Below, piece after piece: positions 35,137 to 48,108 of a stretch of DNA of 64,000 bases; positions within the stretch are counted from its first letter, which is position 1; the number at the start of each line of letters is the position of its first letter. The stretch covers positions 1 to 64,000 of the forward strand of contig JAPEUG010000046.1 of NCBI GenBank assembly GCA_026025795.1, given 5' to 3'. This DNA comes from Thelocarpon superellum (taxonomy: Eukaryota). The notes beneath the pieces are model-generated. The model was given only the letters and a program-made list of their open reading frames with translations. It ran no database searches and was not told where the DNA came from. The position numbers and the translations under genes are program-made.

Positions 35137-36529
35137 ATGCTGAGAAGCTTATGGATCTGTCACAGATGCCGGATACGTGCCCAATTGCCGGCAAAGCAGC
35201 GACAGATTCGATTGCAAAGCTCCTGTGAGTCTGCAGTCCTGAACGGCTTGATAGTCTTACTAAAGGGGCATCGACGTAGCTACCGCCGATGACATCTCGC
35301 CCGCATTGCTCCGAAGGGCACGGTCGATCGCGCAAGAGCATGCGCGGCTCTCGGAAACAATGTCGGTCGATTTTGACCCTCGAAGTGCAAAAAGGGTGGG
35401 AGAGCTTTCTGCGACGACGAACGCACTGAAAGAATGGGAAAAGTCCACAAAGGTTTGGAGGATGACGAGTAGCGGGGAGCCCAGCTGACCGTTGTCCAAG
35501 TCGTTGGCCGAACTCAATTCTCTCCTACGGGATCCCGATACTGACGAGGAGCTACGCTCGCTGGCGTCGGATGACCTGGACGTGGCCCAGACCGATCTCT
35601 CCCGCTCGGCGGCGGCATTGACATCGTCCTTGGTCCCGGAGCATCCATTTGCACACCTACCATGCCTGATCGAGATCCGGCCTGGGGTCGGTGGTGGAGA
35701 AGCGGCCTTTTTCGCAGGAGATCTCCTACGCATGTATCGAGCCTATTGCTCACGACAGCGCCTCCGAGCGAGTCTCCTCAAATACGAGGATGCCGAGGGC
35801 TCGTCGGAGGGCTCGGGTGCGGAGAGTCCCTTACAAGAAGCCGTGCTCGAGGTTGACGCTCCGGGAGCGTACGGTGCGCTGCGCTCCGAGGCCGGCGTCC
35901 ATCGAGTCCAACGCGTGCCGGCGACGGAGAGCAAAGGTCGAACGCATACTAGCGCTGCCTCCGTCCTGGTGCTGCCCTCGATGCCTGACAGCGGTCCAGC
36001 GGGCGGGGACGGGCATGAGAGTTGGGACGACCCCTCGAGCGACTACTACATCGATCCCAAAGAAGTCCGGACCGACATCATGCGGGCGCGCGGAGCCGGC
36101 GGACAGCACGTCAACACCACCGACTCGGCCGTGCGGCTCACCCATCTGCCCACTAACACCGTCGTGAGCATGCAAGATTCGCGGTCACAACCCAAGAATC
36201 GAGAGAAAGCATGGCAGCTGCTCCGGTCCAAGCTGGCACAGGCCCGACGGGAGGCGCGGGAAGAGGAAATGGTGAGGCTCCGGCGGAGCGTGGTCGGCGT
36301 GGCTCGGACAGGCCGAGGGGACAAGGTGCGGACGTACAACTGGGGCCAGCAGCGAGTGACGGATCATCGCACTGGTCTGAGCGTGCATGACCTCGACGAT
36401 GTGATGGAGGGTGGTGACAGCTTGGTGAAGCTGATGGAGAGCGTAAAAGCCTGGTTGGGAGAAAGGGACGTAGAAGACCTTGTGGCAGATGAGCCAAGCT
36501 CATCAATAGGTCGTGATGCCAAAGCGTAG
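35137..36529 (+). CDS. MRF1: Mitochondrial peptide chain release factor 1
   Basis: Arg-rich presequence MLRSLWICHRCRIRAQL, EIRPGVGGGEA, ESxVHRVQRVP-like EAGVHRVQRVPAT (PxT motif), GAGGQHVNTTDSAVR and VRTYNW. Two introns. Confidence 0.93.
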
Positions 36530-37190
36530 TGGTCGTGCGGATCTTTGCAAGGATCCCGGCGGAGTGCAATCGCTTGACCTGAGACAATTAGTACTCGACC
36601 TCGTAACCGGCGGACCCGAGTCTGCGTCCACCCAACTTGACCATGAAGGACGTGTAAGAAGCAGCCGCTCTGTTGGCCTCGAGACGCATCATGCTCTTGA
36701 AGACAACTGTTCTGGCGCCGGGGGGAGGTGACGCTGACATCGGCAGAAACCACTAGTGCCACCGGTCGTCAGGCACATCCGCCACGTCATAGGTCAGAGG
36801 CGTTCCCCTCGGCCTCCCTGACGAATTCGCCCTCCGGCCTCCGGGACGATCCGGCCGTTGTGACGGAATTCGCTCGTCTCACGATGTTCTGGGACGTCGG
36901 CCGACCAATGACCGTGTCGGATGTCTTTCCAACCTCCCTTACCACTCTGGTTCCAAATGCATCTCGTCGCACCATGTGGGACGGCATGTACTTGAAGAGG
37001 ATGTTTCTCGATCTCACCCAGACCATGACTCTTTGCCCGTGGGCAAAGTCACGTCGGATGTTTCCGTGGGTCTCAGGTCTTTCGAGAGACAGGCCGCAGA
37101 GGCCGAAAGTCCGACCGGGACGTATAACATCAATCGACGATATGGCCGCCCGGTATGTACGGAGTTCTTTTGTCCTTGCTCCTCCTGACC

Positions 37191-39364
37191 ATGTGGACGA
37201 TATACTTTGCTCTTCTGCCTTGGGCTGCCGCGATTCCATCTCATCACGTCCGCGATGCAGGCTTTCCAGACGCATCCCTTCTCACTGCCAAATCTCCCGA
37301 TCCCATCGAGCCCGTCAACCCGTATCACCCTCACAGTACCGTGACTCCCGCAGCTTCCTCTTCGAGTCTTTCCGCCTCTCACCTGCTCGGCCAGGCAATT
37401 GATGCCCTTGGTGGAGCAAGTGCTCTGTCTGGCCTGCGAGGAGTACAATGGCACGCGTAGTAGGTGGTACCCGACATTTATGGCCAGTGATCTGAGCTAA
37501 TCGAGCATCACACCGAAGCTTGTATCGAAGTCAGACGGACATGGAGGGAATGACACCCGGCTGTGCCGACACAAGCATCGCAACGACGGGTACCTCCACC
37601 ATCTCGTATGACCTCAGTGGCACTGCCGCCGACGTCGTCCGACGGGATGATCGACAGTATCAGATCGATCCCTTTTGGTATTTCGGCCGGCCTGAGCTTC
37701 AACCAGTCCAGGCATCCATTGTGACGCGTGGGGGGGAAAACAGCTATGGCTGCTATGTGGAAGGGAACGAGTTCATCTATGAGGATCCTGGCCAAGCCAT
37801 GGGATACACCGTTCGTACGTTTTGGCAGATTGAGGGGCTCAGAGGCGATCTGACGTCTTCTAGCCGCCCAGACCGATATCCTCGTCCGCGAAGCCACGCG
37901 GTTGTCGCCGGCGCTTCTGTTGCTCATGCAAGGACACAATGGCACGCTAAACGCGTCCACTCTGAGCATTAAGGGCACTTCCTACCCGGCCATCACCGAC
38001 CGCAGTCTCAACTTGACCGTGTTCATTGACCCGCAGACCTTCCTTCCGTGCATCGTCCGTGCCAATGAAGACCATCACATCTACGGACCGTCGACCAACG
38101 ATCTTGTTTTGTACAATTACACGGCCGTGGGAGGAGTTCAGTTTCCGCAGCGAATTAAAATCATGTATAACGAGGCCAGCCTCCTTCTGGACATGATCAC
38201 GTCTCCTCCACAGGTCAACCCGTCCTTTCCCAACGGCTTCTTTGATGGCCCTCCAATGCCGGCGCAGGGTCCGAATGAGCCAGTCTCGTCGTCAACCGAA
38301 TATGGATCCGCGGAGGTCTTTGAATTTAGGTATGTATACCATCGTGGTGCCCGGCTGTACTGAGCAGTGGAATAGCATGAATCTGCTCTGGGCGGGAGGA
38401 TACGCTGGTAATCTCTCACGACTGACGGTCACGAAACCGGTCCCCGACCTACCACTGAGCCTGCTCACCTTCGACGACGCGCCAGATTACACCACGCTGG
38501 TCGGCGATTTCAGTGATGGAGTCATGGTGGTGGACTCACCGCCTCACCAGAGTCTCTTGGTAATTCAGTGGGTCCAGGAGAACATTGGAAAGCCAATCAC
38601 GCATTTACTGGTGGGTCCTACCCGTCGGCGGACGAGATATGCATCTATGACCTCCTTGGACTCACCCGGCGGTACAAACAGGTGACACATCATCATCACG
38701 ACCACAATTACGGAGCGGCGGACTTTGTCAAGGTTGGTGCGACGCTGGTTGTACCACATGAGTACACGTATTACTGGGCCTCGATTCCCGGCGTGCAATT
38801 CGCCACTGTAACGTAAGTTGAACCCTCGGACATTCTGAGCTGCTTCAAAGTCCACCCCATCCCCATCTTTCCTGTGCCGACTAACGAAACATCCTTTTCG
38901 GATACTAGGCAAGACCAACCGTTCATGCACCGCGATGGCCAAATGCAAGTACGCGGGGTATGGAACAAGATGAATGCGCACGCGGCCGACTGGATGTACT
39001 TTACGTGGACAGAGAGCTGTCCCCGGGCGGGATCAAGCATGGCCGTTAGCATCGCCGACTGCTGGTCTCCAGGGCTGGTGGGATACGAGTTCGATCAGGC
39101 GGTGGCGACGGCTTATCTTGACATTGCGGTCCGGAATCACCTTCCGAGAGATTATCTGTACGTTCTCTCTTATTTTTCACTATAATTCCGCCCCACGGGG
39201 CGTGAACGAGTCTTCGAGAATTTGACTGACGATTGTGGGCGAATGGCAGGGTCATTCCAATCCACGGCGTACCGACGAATGTCTCCCAGCTGTATGAAGA
39301 CACGGGCTTTGCTTACCCTGATTACAGCATGGCTGATTTTATTCCCGGCGGGGCATGGTGTTGA
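37191..39364 (+). CDS. Secreted metallo-beta-lactamase-fold hydrolase with a long N-terminal region
   Basis: Signal peptide MWTIYFALLPWAAA, VVDSPP, spliced ITHLL|VTHHHHDHNYG (HxHxDH), NAHAAD, IADCWSP and terminal VIPIHG. About six introns; stop at 39362-39364. Confidence 0.85.
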
Positions 39365-40385
39365 TGCTGTCGAGGGTGGGAGGGTGAAGGTAAGCTGGGA
39401 GGATGCACGGACGAAGGGCATACGGGCGAGCGGTTAAGAGAAAATTAGAAAAGATGAAATGAGCAATAGAATCAAAGAAGGAGAGGATAGTCTCAGATAC
39501 TGAGTCAACCTCAGACAGTCTGTACTCTATCCTCCATTACCTACCCCCCACTATACTCCAATTCAGCCAGTCATAGCCAGTCGTTATACTGCGGAGACCC
39601 GGCTCCCCCTGGGGCACGACTGACGCCCCGTCTTACCACAATGCTACAAGCACAGCTCTTGGAGTTCTCTCCCTTTCATAGGTGGGTAGTCCGGAGCACC
39701 CCCTATTATGGAGTGCTCCCCGTTCTGCAAGGGAGTAGTCGGGAGTATCCCCTCTTCCACCAGCATGTTCTCTCCAAAGTCGTACGGGGCCCCCCGAAGC
39801 CTAACAAACGGATGCTGTTGAAGGGAGAGTCGCGCTTGCGCAGACAAATGCAAGGACAAGCTTGGACGTGTAGACGTACGGATGGAGGGATCAAGCTAAG
39901 TGAATCATTTTCATCGCTGGACGCATCTCTATCTATCTGTCCGTCTGTTTGTCTGACTAGCGACTGATTGCAATCGCTGGACTGGGTGGCTTTCTGATCC
40001 GCAATGTTCGCTGGTGTTCCCTTTTCCGTATCCCTCGCGCGGTGTCTCCCGGTGTCCCTCTCGTTCTCCGTCCCATCATTCACCAAATCACGCTTCATGA
40101 CCGGATGACCGGCCTGTTGAATGAGGAAAGGAAAACAAGAACCAGGGAAGAGGCACGGGAAGTTAAGAAAAGGCAAGGTCGAGAGGTGGAAAGGCAAAGG
40201 GTCAAAGAACGAAAGGAAAGAAGGCGAGCTGATAAGACAAATGGTCGAGAAGGTGTTCGAAAAGGTAACTGGAAAGGTGATCGAGAACGTGATGGAGAGT
40301 TGTGAATCGAGGTTGTGGATGGAGCAGCGGGCGATGGAGAGAGAGGCGGATGAATCGCCTGGTGGGTCTGCTCCAACCCCGCCAC

Positions 40386-43300
40386 CTATCTCCGCTCATG
40401 CGCAAACGGACAGTCCGGGCCGCGAGCGCAGGTCCCGGATTCGCGCCAAGAGAAACAGACGCCCCTCGAATACTGTGAGTCCTGCGTCAGCTTGCAATTT
40501 CAGGTTACGCCCACACCGAGCTTCGTCCGTACCTTCTTGCCCTTCTTCGACCCATTCCGACGTCCAGGCTCTGGTCCGTGTTGGTCTCCACCGAGAGAAG
40601 TCGAACGATCCCAGCCGTAGGTATTCGAGTGTTCGCCGCGATAGTAGGCGCTGCTCGCCGCTTGCTCTCCGCCATGGGGCGTCGAGCGTTCCCCTCCGTA
40701 GATACTCGAATGCTCGCTGCGCTGCGTACCCGAGGCCTGTCCTCCACCGTATGGAGCTGGGTCGTTCGCCAATGCCTCGTAGTCCAGATCACCGTCGCTG
40801 GTCGTGTACTTGTCCAGGTCACTGGCGCTGGATTGGGACCGAGACGCTGGCACGTGAGACTGCTGTTGTGAAAAGCCGTAGTTTGGCTGTGTGACCGCAG
40901 AGGCGGCTCCTTGTCCAAGTTGAGCGAGGACGGCCTGGAGATTCTGCGGATCGAAGCCGAGAGACTGCGGCGCCTGGTTTCCGTATCCCGACTGTGCTGA
41001 TATGGGAAATGGCATTGCTGGAGCCTGAGTCGGCTGATGCTGCTGAGCTTGGCGCTGCTGCTGGGCTGGTTGCTGGGTCGCTGCTAGCGCCGACAACACA
41101 TTCTGCAAGGCCGCGGCGGGATTGGTTGGCGCCACCGGGGCGGGCGCGACGGGCGGCGGAGCGGCAGCCTGCCACTTGGCCGCGTGCGCCGCAAAGATCT
41201 TCTCCAGCTCCGTCATCGGTGCTGCAGAAGGTGGAGGCGTAGGCCGCGCCGCTGATTGCGCGTTCAGCGCATCGATTATGGCGGCGATGTCCGGAGTTCC
41301 CGTCGCTTGAGTCGCCGGATTCGGATGAAGAGCATGAGCTTGTGGTGCTGGCTTCTCGGCCGCCTTCTGGGCCGCCTTCTGCGCCTGGCGTTGGGCAAGT
41401 CGGTCAATGTACCATTGATGCGCAGCAGACGGCGCGCCAAAGGGCACCTCCTCCGCCGTCCCAACATCTTCCATCGGTGGAGGCGAGCGCGGCGTGGGCG
41501 GGATGCTCTCCAGATCCGTGTAGACGACCATCAACTCGTTGGCTTCACGTTGCGCTTGAATCAGGCTCTCGGGGCTCTCGACTGGCCTCAGGCCACCACG
41601 AGTGACGACGTTCGCGGCCCGCACCTTTTCGTCAATGACGCTGAAGTCGATGGGAGTCGGCTCATACCAGGGTCGTAGCGTCTCTTCGCGCTGGACCGGT
41701 TCGTCATCTTCGTCGCCGAGATCTATCTCCTTGTGCTGCTTGAACATCAGACCTTCCGACGTGGCATCACCGGCGTCGCGGAGGAGGTTGTCCGGCCGGT
41801 CCACCTCTTCAGCTTGATCGTGGGTGAAGTAGCGAATCTGCTCCAAGCTGTCCGCGGGCTTGAACGTGACTCGGAGCTTGCGGCGTTGCTCCTTGCGCAG
41901 CCGCTTGCGCTTCTCCTCCTCCGTTTCGGGAGGCCCAGGGTTGACGGGCTTGGCCGACACTTCGGGCTCGTCCGGCTTGTTGAGCCGAGCCAGCGTATCC
42001 GACAGGCTGAACACCGGTCGCGGCGCGCTCATCGTGGCTGTCGGCATGGATGGCTTCTTCTCCACCGATGCGCCTGGCTTCAACACGTTTGGCGTCGACT
42101 TCAACTTGGACGCCGAGGCTAAGCCGGCAAAGTATTTGTTGGGCGGTGCCGTGACATGCTTTGCCTTGGATTTGGTACCGTTGGTGGCGCCTTCCGCCAT
42201 CGGCTTTCCATTGGTCGTGCTCTGCACCGGTCGCTTGGCTGTGCTCGAGGGGGTGATCTTCTTGGCCGGCTGCGAATCGCCGGTGTCCGGCTCGGGACGA
42301 AGGCGCTTGGCCCCGGCGAGCGAGGCCGGGGCAGTCGGCGTTCCGGCGGCGGCAGGCTTGTTCGCAGGCTTGACCGTGGCCTTGCTCTCAAGCTTCAGCT
42401 CGGACTTGGGCCCGATCTTGGCCTCTCCTTTGACCGAGGTCTTGGCTTCGGCCTTGACCGCCGCGCCAGCGGTTGTTGTGACGGGTTTGATCGTAGTCGC
42501 GGGCTTTGCAGCCTCCTTGCGCTTGAGCGCCTCGGCGTTGGCTTCGATCTTCTTGACCAAGGCCTTGGTCTGATCCGTCCCCTTCTTAGCGAAGCGCACG
42601 GCCAACTTGGGAAAGGTCAACTTCTCGAGGATGGCGGCCGGGAGGGTGACGAAGCGCGAGAGGAGCTCGAGGGTGTCAGCGGTGATGCTCCCACCATAGT
42701 CCTCCGCCTTGACGCGATCGCGTAGGACCTTTTGGCAGAGGATGTGCACCAGCGGATGAATGTCGCCCAAGCGTTGCACGATGTCGGGATGTCCCTCCTG
42801 CAATGCAGCGGACACCGATGCGGCCACCAAAGCACGCTGCTCGGCGATCTGATCTTTGATGGTGGGGGCGTCGCTGCCCTTGTCGCCGTCCGCTTTCTCC
42901 AGATCATTCCACTTGTCGCGGATGGGCTTGAGCAGGTTCCAGTAGTCGCCCATGGCGGTCTTGATCTCTTCCCCCGTAAGACCACGTCTCGACGATCGCC
43001 AGAGGATCTTGGTGGTGTCGTACTTGACGGCCTCGATGGGGTCCTCGGGCTTGGTGGGAGGCAGCGACGGAAGGTCGGGTGTGACCGTGTCCTCGTCGAC
43101 CGAGTCGTCGTCGGAGTCCTCGTCGGACTCAGCGAAGCTGGAAGAATCCGGCGTGGCAACATTGCCATTCTTGGCGGACTCGGCGATCTTGGCCGGGTCG
43201 AGGCGCACGCGTGCCAGCTCTTTCTTGGCGGTCGGCGCAAGGTGTTTTTTGCTCCGTCGCGACGTCACGGTGAGGTCGGAGTCGTCCCTCTCTACGGATA

Positions 43301-44267
43301 AAGTTTAGTATTACGTGGAAGCCGGCAACTCATCGTGAACACCACTCACCCTCCGCCATGAGGCGTCGAATCTGGTTGCGAGACATACGCGGGACGTACT
43401 TTGGAATCGCGTCTGCAGGCCGGCCTGTAAGTATGGACGCGCTCGCTTAGAGGGCGATGAGGGACTCACTATTTATCACGCCCTCGATGTTAATGGGCTC
43501 GGAGCTCGTGAATACGAAGGCGGCGCGAGGGCGGTGGTCCAATTTGACCACTCTCTCGAGTGCTTCACGGCTCAGCACGGTGAAGTTGCCCACAGTCTGG
43601 CCTGGAGGTGGCCGGGCGCCCACGGTCGCCAATGGTCGGCCACTCAGGTTGCCATCCAGATCTGGGACATTCGAGGACTGCAACGGATGAGCAGTGGAAT
43701 AACGTAGATGGGGGAGGCTCGATGGCTTACCTCTGCAGTCGCGTCCGGTGGAACGTTTTGCAGGGCGCGCGGGGCGACGGTGCTCTGGCCCCGGCTCAGC
43801 TCCGGACCGGATGCCGGTTGGATTGGCTGATTCCACAAGGGAAGAGCCTCGCCGTCGAAATCGAAAGCAGGAGCTTGGTCGGGGTGGATCAACAGATCCG
43901 ATTGATGGGGCAATCCATACGGCTCGCCTGCCCGGGCCAGATGGAGGGCAGAATCTCGGGCAAAGACAGGGGGAGTCGCTGTGAATTGAGCGTTTGCGTC
44001 TGGTTGTTGAGTGATGGGCGTTGCCAAGGGTAGCGCCTGAGGGGAAGCATCCTGAGAGAAAGGCAGAAAGGGACTCTGGTGGTAGGCCGACGGCGGCGAT
44101 GGAAACGCCGTTGGCTCGAGATTCGGCGGATACGGCGAGGCCGTATTCCATCCGACGGCGTAGGATACATTTTGGAGATCAGGATAAAGCGCATCGAACG
44201 GGGCATCATTCGATCGGGATGGGTGGCTCGACCCATCCCCTGACGGCACGTGATATCGGGGATCCAT
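40386..44267 (-). CDS. PNUTS/Ppn1/Ref2-like protein phosphatase 1 regulatory subunit
   Basis: TFIIS-N-like helical segment (LELLSRFVTLPAAILEKLTFPKLAVRFAKKG) and PP1-docking RKLRVTFKP...LEQIRYF. The spliced last exon DSQYSRGVCFSWRESGTCARGPDCPFAHERR* is a C-x8-C-x5-C-x3-H finger. Three introns in the 5' part and one near the 3' end. Confidence 0.8.
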
Positions 44268-45293
44268 GGATACGACAGTAGAGCACGTGAGTCGCCGCTT
44301 TTGGGAGGAAGGTGTGGCGGTGTTGATGTGGCTAAGCGGTGTGGCGCTAGGGAGCTTGATATAATAGCAGAGCGTGGCGGAACGTAGGGGTGACCGTAGA
44401 GACCGTGGTGACCGTGGCCGCGGCCGATTGGTCGAATGCAGTGAATTTCCGTCGCTGCTCCACGAGGCTTAGCTCCGATGGAAACTGGCCTCCCCTCTGT
44501 CACTCGTAGCTGGGGTCCGCAAGCGGCAGCGGTCGCAGCGGCCGCGCAACACACGACCTTCCGCTCTCCATGCACCTGTCAGGTGCGCCCGATGCAGACA
44601 ATGCAGACTCCCCGAACGCGAGCACGGCCTCGACCACGACGAAGCAGTTGACCCCGCGGCTCCAGTATGTACGAGAGCAGCGGCAGCGGGGAACGCCGAA
44701 CGCCCGCGGACGCGCCACGCTCACGACACACCACACGTCCCCTTTCTCCGGCCACCCGGCCTCACCGTGTCACCGTCGGCCCTGTCCGAGCCTCTCTCTT
44801 TGCTTGGCCTGTGGCCGGTCCCCTCCTGGGGGACACCTATGTCATACGCTCTGATGGTACAGATCAGGACCAGGGAAATGTGCTACTAGGCCGACTCATC
44901 TTAGGCGAGTCGCCTGGTGCGTGGATGGTGATGGTCGATGGGGTGGTGAAGGGGGCGATGAAGTGAAGAAGTGAAGTGGAAGGATAATCATGTTGCGCCC
45001 GAGCCGGCAAGCTGTAGAGAAATTGCTGGGACTGGAGCCACGCTAGGACAGACTAGGCAGCAACGATGCTGCTTTAACGTCGACAGCCGTGCGACTGTCT
45101 ACAGCTCAGTAACGATTACGAAGGAACCCAGGAAGCGTGGTGATAGTGGTTTTGGCACGGGGGGGCCTCCCACGCCACATCACGAGGAGGGTGTAGCCTG
45201 CAGACAGCTGGGTCAAAGCTCCAAACTGCCCTCATGATGAGCATTTGAGATGATCTTTGAAGCGTGCGGTGCCTGCAAGATCTGGTCGTGATC

Positions 45294-47754
45294 ATGGCGT
45301 CCCACCACCAGTCCCTCCGAGCACGGCAAATCGGTCAGTCGAGCCGCGCCAGGCGGGCGTGCAACACTGATGGGTGACGTAGCTTCCATCGAGAGAATCC
45401 TCAACCTGAACCATGTTCCCGCCTCGGAGCACGAGCTGCACCATGATCAGATCAGCTCCAATGGTCTAGTGCCACAGTCGACCCCCATCCTCGACGCCGA
45501 CGGGGATCCTATCTGGAAAGTGCTGGTGTTTGACAATTTGGGTCGAGATGTGATCAGCAGCGTGCTGCGGGTCAACGACCTCCGGGGGTGGGGAGTGACG
45601 ATCCACCTCAGCCTGCACGCCACGCGCCACCCCATCGCCGACGTGCCCGTCCTGTACCTGGTGGAGCCGACGGCGGAGAATCTGCGCATCATCACCTCGG
45701 ACCTTTCGCGCGGCCTCTACGCCAGCGCCTACATCAACTTTCTCTCCTCCATCCCACGTCCGCTGCTGGAGGATTTTGCATCACAAACGGCGGCGGCGGG
45801 TACGTCGGAGAGCATCGCACAGGTATTTGACCAGTATTTGAACTTCATCGTCAGCGATCCGGATTTGTTCAGCTTGGGCATGGGCAACGACACGTATTGG
45901 GCACTCAACAGCGCCCAGACCAAAGACGAGGAGTTGGATGCGGTCGTCGATCGGGTCGTGAGTGGGCTTTTCAGCGTGGTGGTGACAATGGGTAAGTCAC
46001 GGAGTCTGTCTCGGCGTGATGGGTGCTGAGTGCGATAGGATCCATCCCGATCATCCGGTGTCCGAAAGGGGGGCCGGCCGAGATGATCTCAGCCAAGTTG
46101 GACCGCAAACTGCGAGACCACATCCTGAATTCCAAGGAGAACCTGTTCTCGGCCTCGCATGCCCGCCCGTCCTTCGCCGCTGGCTTCCCGACTGCCCGAC
46201 CCGTACTCATCGTGCTGGATCGCAACGTCGATCTGATCCCCATGCTCTCGCACTCCTGGACCTATCAATCGCTCGTGCACGACGTGCTCAAGATGAAACT
46301 CAACCGGATCACCGTCGAGACCCCGGTCGACGAGACCGACCCGAGCAAAGGCTCGACCAAACGCTCGTACGACCTGCAGTCGAATGACTTCTTCTGGGCT
46401 AAGAACGCTGGCGTGCCATTTCCGCAAGTGGCGGAGGATATCGACGCCGAGTTGACCCGATACAAGGAAGACGCCAACGAAGTGACGAAGAAGACGGGGG
46501 CCTCCTCCATCGAAGACCTACAGAACGACACGGCATCGTCGGCGCAACATCTCAAGGCGGCCATCACGCTGTTGCCGGAGCTGCGCGAGCGCAAGGCGAC
46601 TCTGGATATGCACATGAACATTGCGACGGCCCTACTCAAAGGGATCAAAGACCGACAATTGGACAACTTCTTCCAGATCGAAGAGAACATAACGAAGCAG
46701 AGCAAGAGCCAGATGTTGGAGCTGCTCAATGACGAGGCCAAGGGGAAGGAACCGCTCGACAAGTTACGATTGTTCATCATCTGGTTCCTGAGCACGGAGC
46801 AGGACGTGTCTCGGGCGGAGATGGAACGTTTCGAAGAGGCGCTCCGACGAGCAGGCGCGGACACTGCTCCGCTGGCTCACGTGCAGCGGTAGGCGATCCC
46901 TCGCCCTCGACTTCCCATTACTGACCTTTGCAGCGTACGAGAAATCACCCGCATGACGATGATGACATCCGCTCCCTCACAACCAGCCGCACAATCGTCC
47001 ACGGGAGGAGAGTTATTACGAGGCTTCAGCTCCATAAGCAACCGCGTAAGCCCCCCCATCCCCCGCCCTCCCCGGCGAGCTGCCACCTCGGCTTCCACCA
47101 ACAAGAAACACTGACTCCATCCCGTTCTAGCTCACGGACCGGCTCAAAGACGGAGCGCTCGGGGCCAACTTCGAGAACCTGATCTCAGGCGTGAAGAACT
47201 TCCTGCCCGTGAACAAAGATCTAACGATCACGAAAATAACGGAATCCTTGATGGACCCGACGTCGGCCTCGTCGTCCGCGATCGCCAAGACGGAAAATTA
47301 CCTGTACTTCGACCCGCGCTCCGCCAACGCCCGAGGCACGATGCCGCCGCCCTCACAAACCCTGCGCGCTTCCACTTCCACGCCGCCGCTCTCGTCGTCC
47401 AATACAGGCGGCATGCCAGGCGGACTGGGCAGCCTGGGGCCAGGAACCGGTGCATCATTCGGACAGCGGCGCCAAGGCTTCAACGACGCGATAGTCTTCA
47501 CTGTCGGCGGCGGCGCCATGGACGAATACGGCAATCTGCAGGACTGGGCGCGCCGGACCTCACCGGGCGGCGGCGCGGGCGTGGGCGGGCCAAGTGGGGT
47601 GGTAGGCGGCGGTGGTGGGGGAGGAGGAGCCGGGAGTGCGGCCGGTACGGCGGCCGGTGCCGTCAAGAGGGTTGTCTACGGCTCGACGGAGATAATAAAC
47701 GCCGAGGACTTTTTGATGGGCGAGGTGCGTCGCCTGGGGCTCGAGGGAGCGTAA
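45294..47754 (+). CDS. SLY1: Sec1/Munc18-family ER-Golgi SNARE regulator Sly1
   Basis: [53 protein letters not shown]...[20 protein letters not shown] and VFTVGGG...EY.NL...VVYGSTE. Four introns. Confidence 0.95.
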
Positions 47755-47756
47755 TC

Positions 47757-47784
47757 TGCCTGCCTGCCTGCCTGCCTACCTGCC
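47757..47784 (+). repeat. (GCCT)n tetranucleotide microsatellite just after the SLY1 stop
   Basis: tgcctgcctgcctgcctgcctacctgcct. Confidence 0.8.
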
Positions 47785-48108
47785 TCGTCTACCTTTACTT
47801 TCACATCCACCTGCCCCCTTGCTTGTCTGTCTAGATAGTACAGCCGGGCGTGTACCATCATATCACGTACGAGCGCTACTCTGTCACTGCTAGATGTCGA
47901 AGACGGCGTATTTACATTGTCCCCATGTTGCTTCTGACCAAGCTACACTATGATTTTGTACTGCCCACTGCCAATGCCACTTTCACGTTGCGCAAACGCC
48001 ATGCTCAGCAAATGCACACAGTCAAAGCCCAAGACGCAGATTGGTGACACAGACAAAGAGGACGAAAGGAAAGGGATGGCGAGGTGGGCCGGTTGTGAGC
48101 AGCTGCTC

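Noticed and set aside
40042..40385. Purine-rich + strand ORFs (ELIRQMVEKVFEKV...)
   Set aside because: Best explained as the complement of the pyrimidine-rich 3' UTR of the PNUTS-like gene.
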